A stretch of 64,000 nt of DNA from Lama guanicoe (taxonomy: Eukaryota), in contig MU054338.1 in the NCBI GenBank assembly GCA_013239625.1, positions 250,001 to 314,000 of the forward strand, written 5' to 3'. Both the position numbers and the translations under genes were made by a program. The notes beneath the pieces were generated by a model, which did not search any database, was not told where the DNA came from, and worked only from the letters and a program-made list of their open reading frames with translations. Shown one piece after another: positions 55,971 through 64,000 of the stretch; the first letter of the stretch is position 1, and every line of letters starts with the position of its first letter.

Positions 55971-58477
55971 GTAAGGAGGGATCCCAGGCGTGGCGGGTTT
56001 GCTTGGGGCCTCAGATGTGGAAGTGGAGGGGTGGGGGGATGTCAGGAGAGGCTTTGGCTGGGGGGACATCTGCGGGGGGGCAGTTGTCCCCTACCCCAGT
56101 TGGCTGGTCTGTCTGCCTGTCTGTCTGATTCAGCAGTAGATTTTGGAGAAAGTAGTCGACTTGCCTTGGGGTTTTTCATTTTATGGATTTTGACACTTTG
56201 TTATTAGGTGCATAAAGGTTTACACGTGTTCTATCCTCTTGGTCAATTTTCGTCAAGACGAAATTACCCCCCATGCCACTTTCAATGTTTTTCTCCTTGT
56301 ACGGTCAGCCCATCTGTCTGTCCAGGCTATTAGTTTTCCCAACCGTCTGTCTGTCTGTCCACTTACCCATCTCGTTAACTGGCCCAGCCTCTCAGCCAGA
56401 GACTCCATGCCTCTCCGGCTGGAGTCTGGCTCTGGGACCCTCCCTGATGTTCCTTCCTTCCCCTCACCCCCAGGCATCACAGGCAGCTACTCAGTGTCTG
56501 AGTCACACTTCTTCACCCCAATTCACCTGCACTCGGGCCTGGCGTGGACAGTGGCAGAGGCCCCGGCCGAGGCTGCCCCTGCACAGAGGAAGAAGAGGGA
56601 GCAGTGGGTGAGTCTCAAGCCCTGCCATCCCCCTGGATGCCTGGCCAAGACCGGACACCCCTCATTAGGACCAGGGAGGCTCCAGTGTGAGCTGGGTTTG
56701 AGCCCTGCCTTCTTCATGGCCCACCCCCAAGTGACTGTGCCTCCGTGTCCCCCACACGTGAGGAGCAGAAGGGGTAAACGGGGCATCCCTTCCTGTCTGG
56801 ACTGCGTACAGACGCAGGGTCCCCACGGTGAGCCGAAGGCTGAGGTGAGCTCTTCTTGGAGGAGGAGTCAGTGCAATCTATCAAATCATCCTCATTATTT
56901 CAATGTGTTTATTACCACCGTCATTTGGGGGGGCGGGGAAGGTAATTAGGTTTATTTATTGTGTGTTTGTTTGTTTATTGGAGGCACTGGGGTCTGAACC
57001 CAGGACATCGTGCATGCTGAGCACGCGCTCCACCACTGAGCTACACTCTCCTCTCCTTGTTATTTTTGATTATTACCTGCACCTCACGTGGGACGTGCTC
57101 AGGGGTCTGCACGTGCTGTGGCTTTAACACCCTGGACAGATGTTTTGTCCCCAGTTTTTTTAGAGAAAGCCAAAGTCACGCACACGCAGGGTCACATGGC
57201 CAGGTCCCCGAGCCAGGACTTGAGCCCAGGCCTGGCTCTGAACCCCACATTTGCAGCCACGAGGCTGCCTCCTCCCTGGGTGGGTATTGTTGGCACCAGG
57301 GAGAAAAACATCGCCCCCAGGCTCGCCCTCCTGGCGGTCACAGCCTGTTCTGGTGGTTTGGGGCAGAGTGGAGCCCAGGGACCTGGGTTCAAGTCCCAGC
57401 CCTGCCACTGGCTGGCTGTATGATGTTGGGCCCCTCTCTGACCCTCAGTCTCCTCCTCTGTAAAATGAGCATGGTAATGAGAACAGACTCCTTCAAACCT
57501 TCGAGGGCCTGGTGGCAGCAAGAGCTCCATAAATGTCAATTGTCTTTATTACAAGGAAGTTTACAAAGAGAAAACAGTTGCAAATGGTGGCCCAAGGCAT
57601 CCCTAAGGGGACTAGTGTGAGGGAACAGCCTGGTGGATGGCTCTGAGTTTGGGGTGACCAAGCGGCACTGGGGGGACCACTGTGGCCCGGGATCGCTTCC
57701 CTTCTGCCCTAAGTGGTGACTGAGTGGGCTCTGGGGTGGGACAGGGTGGAAGACCCCAGGGAATGACGTCTGTTCCTCCCTGCAGTATGCTGGCATCAGC
57801 CCCTTGGACCACATTAACTCGGAGGTGAGTGTGCTCCCAGGGGCAAGGACCCCTCTGCCCAGGAGGGAGGAGGGCTATATGGCTGGAGCGGTTCCCTCCC
57901 GCATCTGTGCTCCCTGCTCAGGTGCACTGGGGCCACCAGAAGCTTTTCTTCTGGATGGTGGGGGTCAGGGGGCTTCCCTGGATGGCTTCTCGATTTAGTG
58001 TCTGCCTACGGTGCATTTTGCTGTGATCCACTTTTGATGAAAGGCAGTCCATGGGCTGCCTGTTTACTAGATGGTTTGGGGGCAGATGTGGCACAGGACA
58101 AGGGCATTTCCTTTGAGGGATGGGCTCCCCTGGGAGTGTAGGAGGCCAGGAACCTCCGTGGATTTGTGGGATCTGGCGTGGCCCTCTTTGACCTGGGCAC
58201 GTCCCCTGCTGTGGAGCTGGGCGGGAGTGAGGACACTCCTGGGCACTATTACGAGGAGCAGAGGGTCTGACAAGAGGAGGGGATGGTCCTGCTTTACCCT
58301 GTTCTAGGCCTCTCCTGTGAGTCAGCTGTTGGGGGAGATGTCTTGGGAGGTTAGGACCTGATGGGGACCCCGTGCCTCCTCTGGCAGGTCCTGGAAGCCA
58401 CGCGGGTGACCCGCCACAAGAACGCCATGGCTGAGCGCTGGGAAGCCCGCGTCTACACCAGTGAAGACGAGGGCTGA
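54287..58477 (+). CDS. MISP: Mitotic spindle positioning protein; join(54287..55970,56474..56607,57786..57824,58388..58477), 648 aa
   Basis: MDRVTRYPIL start, EQIDFLAARQQFLSLE, ETPIEREIRLAQEREADLR, and C-terminal YAGI...RVTRHKNAMAERWE (AKAP2_C-like). GT-AG introns; 1947 nt open frame. Confidence 0.96.
56474..56607 (+). CDS. MISP: MISP coding exon 2
   Basis: ITGSYSVSE...KKREQW, donor |GTGAGT. Confidence 0.93.
56924..57056 (-). mobile_element. tRNA-derived SINE (same family, more diverged) in MISP intron
   Basis: GGTAATTAGGTTTATTTATT...CTGAACCCAGGAC...CCACTGAGCTACAC. Confidence 0.8.
57786..57824 (+). CDS. MISP: MISP coding exon 3 (39 nt)
   Basis: YAGISPLDHINSE between ctgcag| and |GTGAGT. 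Confidence 0.92.
58388..58477 (+). CDS. MISP: MISP last coding exon
   Basis: VLEATRVTRHKNAMAERWEARVYTSEDEG then TGA. Confidence 0.94.
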   Translation, partial: VLEATRVTRHKNAMAERWEARVYTSEDEG

Positions 58478-58991
58478 GCCTGGGGCTGGACCCGTGCCCG
58501 CCCTGCCTGCCTTGTGGGAGCGGCCAGCACACGGCCTTGGGACACGGGTCCCTGTTCAAACCCACAGATCCCCTGCCCACAGCCCTGAGGGCAGATACAC
58601 TTGGGGCTGGGGAGTTCTCTTTTCCATTTTCCTTTTCCTGGAGAAATTGTTGTGCTTTCTGGGTCTCGAGTTGGGGATGACACTCTGCTTCTACGATTTT
58701 GCCAAATGCTTCTGGGGCCAAGAAGGAAGGAGACCAGCCGCCTCACGTCCAGATGTAATAGTTTCTGCTGGTCTGAGAGGGGAGATGCTCGGCCCCTCCC
58801 CTGGGGAGCCTCTAGTCTGAAGGCAGAGGCCTGAGCGCCCCACCTGAGGGTCTCTGTGCCGCTTTCAAGCCCCCTCCGAGGCACAGCATGGCTCTGACGT
58901 CACAGGATCCTGTGGGGAAGCCCCCCTCCCTCCCTGGCTGAGGAAAGGGCTGGATTTGGGGGCTGAGGCAGGTCCTTCCCCTCCACCTTGA

Positions 58992-58997
58992 AATAAA
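58992..58997 (+). terminator. Probable MISP polyadenylation signal
   Basis: AATAAA about 515 nt after the stop, with downstream GT-rich sequence. Confidence 0.75.
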
Positions 58998-60079
58998 GCA
59001 AGTTTCTGGCCCCTGGACCCCACCTGGCGTGGGTGGCTGTGCTGAACCTCCCCTCCGTCTGTGTCATTTCTCTTGGTGATGCTCACTGCTTCCAGGCGGC
59101 TGTGTCCTGTCCCCGCCCCACCACAGGCTGTCCCAGTCACCTCCCAGCGTGTGGCCTGCAGAAGGTGCTCAATCCGCGCTTGTCCAGCGAGCGAGTGAAT
59201 GTCTTCGGTAACACCAGGCCCGTTCTTCTCCCTGTGGCTGAGTCTGTGTCCCACCCGGCTTCAGGGGAGGTTGGAGGGGTCGTTAGCTGGCCCTGCCTGG
59301 CAGACAAGATGGTTCTGGGTAAGGCTGTGGTGTTGGACCTAAACCGGGCTCTGCTGTCACCCGCGGTGTGGCCGTCCCACCACCCTGCCTTGGTTTCCCT
59401 GCCACACGCAAGGATGGGGTTGGGACCAGCCCCTGGGCAACCTGGACCTCAGGTTGACCCCGACAGCAGCCCCACACCACTGCCCCGATGGCCTCAAGCA
59501 GCTGGTGACAACCCACCCTGGCAGGGCGCGTCCCCTCCTGCTGCCCCTGGCCCCGCAGCCTCCTTCCTGTGCCTTCCTCTGCAGCCCCCTTGGGGAAAAC
59601 CACTTACAGCTATTTTAAGAGCTTCAGCTTGAAAACAGCCCACACTGGGCTCAGGAGGCAGCTTGGCTTGCAATAGGTGAGGTGGGGCAGGGCTCTGCGA
59701 GCCCCAGGGCGCCCAGGGCAAGGGGGTAGGTGAGGTCGAGGGGGGGCTGCGACAGACAGAAGAGAGACAGCCTCAGGGAGGGGGCGGGGTCTCTGTCCGG
59801 GGGACCCCAGACTGAGGGAGGGGGCGCCTGCTGTCAGGGAGACCGCAGTCTGGGAAGGAGGCAGGGTCTGTGTCCGGGGAGAGCTTGCAGCATGCCCCTC
59901 GGTGGCCAAGATCAGCCTCTTCTCTGGGGTTCGGGCAGTTCTTCCCCACCCGCCCTTCAGGAAGGCAATTTTGAAGCCCCAGATACAACCTGTCAGAGTC
60001 TCACCAGGTCCTCCACAATCGCCTACCACGTCCTCTCCCTGGTGCCGATGGGCCTGTCCCCTGGTCGCACTGCTCTGAG

Positions 60080-60505
60080 AATGTGCGTCCTCTGGGGTGG
60101 ATGGAACAAGTCACCACAAGCGGGTGCGCGCAGATCTGCTCTCTGATGGTCCTGGAGGTCCGGAGTCTGACTCGGGCCTCCCGGGGCTAAACCCAGGCCT
60201 GGGCGGGGCTGGTCCCTCCAGAGGCTCCAGGGAGAAGCGGCTCCTGCCTTCTCCAGCTCCTAGAGGCGCCGCATCCCTGGCTCGCGGCCCCTCCCTCCAT
60301 CCTCACCGCCAGCAGCGCAGCTTCCCCCGTCTCCTTCTGATGAGGACCCTGTGATGGCACGGGGTCCCTCAGAATCCAGGGTCACCCCCATCCCGGGGAA
60401 CTGAACTTAACCCCACCTGCAGAGTCCCCTCTGCTGTGCGAGGTGACACGTCCTCGGTTCCCAGGTGCAGGACAGGGACATCTTTGCAGCTGTTATTCTG
60501 CTGAC
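60080..60505 (-). mobile_element. MLT1 solo LTR, GC-shifted
   Basis: Same motifs as the copy at 20815-21260. Confidence 0.72.
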
Positions 60506-60750
60506 CAGACACAGGAAGACAAATACTGTCTGAGTCCTCTCACAGGAGGTCTCTGGAGGAGACAGGAAGTAGAGGGTGGGGCCGGGGCTGGGGGAGGGGA
60601 AGGGGAATGTTTCATGAAAACTGAATGTTTTCAGTTTAGGAAGATGAGAACGTTCTGGAGATAATGGTGGGGAGGGTCACACGACAATGTGTTTGTGCTT
60701 AATGACACCAAGGTGTGCACTTTTATGTGTGTAATTTACCATAATTAAAA
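60506..60750 (+). mobile_element. L1MB-type 3' end
   Basis: CAGACACAGGAAGACAAATACTG...GAAGATGAGAACGTTCTGGAGAT...CTTAATGACACC...TTTACCATAATTAAAA. Confidence 0.75.
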
Positions 60751-61709
60751 AGAGAGAGAGAGGAAAGGGTTCTCCCTCCTGAAGCCTCAGAAGGGTCTTG
60801 GGAAGGATCCAGGGACTCTACCGCTTAATGCCTTAAGGACATGAGGGATGTCCCGAAAATCGCGTCCTTGACATTCTTCATTCATCCTGGCCCGCAAGCT
60901 GGATGCGGCCGGTGGAAACGTCTTGTTCTGAGGACTCACTTTTCACCGAATTCTTCTCCTGGGCAGCGCCCTTAGAGGACACAGACAGGATTCTATCCAC
61001 CTGCCAGGCTGGCGTCCCAGGAGGTGCTCCGAGAGGTTGCGATGAATTCTTAGCAGATTCCCAGAGGAGGGCAGGTCCATCTGGCCAGCGGTGGGCACTT
61101 CAGAGCTGGCTCCAGAACGGAATGGGGACAGAGCTGCACATTCTTTCCTGGTCTCCTCCCAGCTAGCTGTGTTAGGATCCGGGGAGGGAGGGCGCTCTCC
61201 CCAAGGCCGTCAGAAAGGCTGAAATATAAACCGAGTTTCCAACTGAAAAGCCAGAGCCCTTCTTGCTCTCAGCGCTTTCCCATCTCCTGTCTCCTCGGCA
61301 CTGCTCTTATTTGATGAACTCTGGCAAGACCGCCGCAGGCCGGGGTCAGGATCCAGGAGCAGGGCTCCAAGCTCGCCCCGCCACCCCCGCCCCGTGCAAG
61401 CCCGCCAGCTTCCCCGTGGGACCCCGTCCCAGCCCTTAGTGCTCCCTCTGCAGCCGCTGCGACCTCACGACTCTGCGGTGGCCTGTGGGGGTGCTGCCTG
61501 GCCTAGCGATCCCCCTCCCACATCTGGAGTCAGGCTGTTTCCCCGTGAGGTTCACACGTGTCGGCACAGCAGGGAGCCTGGATGGAGGGGAGGATAAAGG
61601 GGCTCTTTGGCCTTAGCTGGAAAGATAATTTTCAACCACTAGGATGTGTTAGTGGGTGGCTTAAGGACTGGGCATTGATTACTTCAGAAAAGGACCTTTT
61701 GGCAGATTG

Positions 61710-62190
61710 GCGGTATCAGCTGCAAAACAAACGAGCCCACTCAGCGGCTTTAAAGCACCCATTTGTTTTCCAACAGCTTCTGAGGGTCAGAAGCCCAGCG
61801 CAGTGCGGTTGGGTCCTCTGCTCAGGATCGCACTCAGGGGTCGGCTGGGCTGCGTCCTCGTGTGCAGGCATCCACTTCCAGGCGCCTTCGGCTGTAGGAC
61901 GGAATTGTCTTCTTACATTGGGATTAAGGTCCCAGTGTTCCTGCTGGCCACCCCCGGCCCTGGCCGCAGCCTGTGTGCTGCTCCCCGCCCTCGCCCGATT
62001 AGGTCAGGCCCACTGAGAGTAATCTCTTTCAATTGACTAAAAGTCCACTGATTTGGGGACATTAACTGCATCTGGAAAAACATTTTGCTTTTACCCGATG
62101 AGACGTTCCCACACACACACTCAAGGGGGTTACACAGGGTGTGTACTTGGGGGTCAGATTCTTGGGGCCAAATCAGAATTCTGGCCATTT
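61710..62190 (-). mobile_element. MLT1-type LTR
   Basis: GCTGCAAAACAAAC...CAGCGGCTTTAAAG...GGGACATTAACTGCATCTGGAAAA...TCAGAATTCTG. Confidence 0.65.
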
Positions 62191-64000
62191 TGGGGGGACC
62201 TAGGGCAGAGTTTAGGGTTCTGAAGGGAGAGGTTGGGGCCAAACCATGAGTTAACCTGCCTCCGGTTCCCTTCCAGGAAAGGCGAGGTAACCTGTCCGGC
62301 AACAGGACTCGGGGCTGATAAAACGAGGAGTCTGACAATTCTTCACCCTCAAAGTCTCAAACTGGTGGCAGGGGGCTGAGTTCAGAACACAGGCTTCTCT
62401 TGGCCGTCAATGTTGAAAATTTTGTTTTCTCATTTAAAGAGTTTGCCAACATTTAAAAATCAGGAAACTTGTACAAAAATCTGAATTTCTGACTTCTCTT
62501 GAGCATGCTGGGCTGGGCTGTGGATGGCAGCCACAGGCACATCCTTCAGGGAGAACCCCTCCCACCGCGTTTCGCCGCATTCCCCTTCCACAAGGAAAGT
62601 GAGGAAACTACAACTGGATGAAAATTAGTGACCGTCTTGCCAAGAGAAGTTTTTGTAAAAGTAAATCCTCCTTTACATCTTTTTAATATCCTCGTTCCTG
62701 CCACTCCTGCTCCGTGCATCTGCCTCTCATTCTGCATGGGGCCTTGCCTGGACCTGGCCACAAATTTCCAGGCAGCGCCTTCCAGAGGGACCAAATTTCC
62801 GGGTGAAAACAGGGCCTGAGCTCTGAGGGTTTGCAGGGCTCCTGTCCCCCACGATCAGAGGCGGCTACTGTTCTGGGTTAAATAATGCCCCCCAAAAAAC
62901 TCACATCTACCCGGAAGCTCAGACTGTGACCTCACCTGTAAGTCGAGTCTCTGCAGGTGCAAATCGTTATGCCAGACTCAGTCACCCTGAGTGCGCAGCT
63001 GCGGCGGGTTCCACGGCTCCGGGCTCACCTGTGACAGGGTGAACCCGCGGGGGCTCGTCGGGCAGGAGGCGTGAGCCCCGTGGAAGAGATTGTCAACGTT
63101 CATAAAATGATCTAAGCGACAAGAAAGCATTGCATCTCAAGGGCTTAAGATGTCGGTGGTCTTATAATCGAGGCTATCTTGGCTGTGGTGAAGTTCGTGG
63201 GGCCACGAGATATTAGAGCGGTTCAATAACCTCACAGGGTCAATGCTGGTCAGCGGGGGGCTGGGGTTAGGACTGAATGTGGACTTGGCAGTGGCCAAGA
63301 GTCTTTGGATTGCGAGGGGAAAAGGCCAAAGCAACTCAGCTCAACTCAAGTTGGCTTTGGCAAAACTGGGAGGTTCTGGTTTGCGTGACTGAACAAAGGA
63401 GGACAGCTTCAGGCTCAGCTGGTGCCAGCTGAGGGCATTCGGGTCCCTCTTCACTGTGGAGAGCCCTGGGTTCAAGCCCCAGCTCTGCCAGCCTCAGTTT
63501 CCTCGTCTGTAAGGGGACGTGATCTCACTGACCCCTCCGGAGGTGGGTGGTTATGAGGGTGACCAGAATCCAGCAGACCATCAGTGCCACCTAAATGCTG
63601 CTGCTTGTTGCTGTCGACTAAGTAAACAAACAAATCCTCACCAGGCAGTCAGGGACTCAGATGCAACTTCCTGGTTCCAAGCCGAGGGGAGCAAACACGC
63701 TGCCACCAGAGGGCGGAGAGACATCAGCAACACAGCTCCAGCTCTCAGCAGCCGGGAGAAACCCACCTGCCCCCTACCCTGACTGGCTGGCGCTTTCCCA
63801 GACCCGGGTCAGCCCAGCCCCCGCCCCACAAAACGCGCGTAGGCTGATGGAGGCCACGATGAGGGAGGTGCTGTGGACAGAGTTATTAGAGAAAAACACT
63901 TGCCTCCCATAACGTGTTTTTCCGCATTTCAAAATATTCTCGTGGGTTTTCCCCCTAGAACGCTAAAGTAGCTGAAAACAATTGAAAACGTGAGAAGTAG

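Noticed and set aside
54176..56128. 650-aa ORF as a single-exon protein
   Set aside because: It starts at a GTG inside the intron and runs past the donor at 55970. The real MISP coding exon is 54287-55970.
1..64000. A novel multi-gene system (defence island, CRISPR, operon)
   Set aside because: Gene content and order match the conserved mammalian FSTL3-PRSS57-PALM-MISP block; the remaining sequence is explained by introns and common repeats.

Overview
This is GC-rich mammalian genomic DNA, syntenic with human 19p13.3. It holds four spliced protein-coding genes in the order FSTL3 (+), PRSS57/NSP4 (-), PALM (+) and MISP (+). I reconstructed the exons by hand from GT/AG boundaries and reading-frame continuity. 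PALM exon 1 most likely lies in the N-gap at 25615-25945. Three tRNA-derived SINEs with a CCTAATTACC tail resemble the camelid Vic-1 family, so the source is probably a camel, alpaca or llama (inference). The rest is typical eutherian repeats (L1, L2, MIR, MLT1/MaLR LTRs, MER58, MER91), CpG islands and microsatellites. I see no wholly new biological system. The best leads are gene-level oddities: a broken PRSS57 exon-2 acceptor with an in-frame rescue AG, an altered PALM lipid anchor (CKRCSIV), an intronic tandem copy of the FSTL3 exon-3 end and donor, a double RFX X-box CpG island that could give an alternative in-frame PALM first exon, paired CTCF motifs around PALM exons 6-8, a (GCC)n tract spanning a gap in the FSTL3 5'UTR, and two unusually similar MLT1 copies. 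Comparisons with human orthologues are from memory and need alignment.
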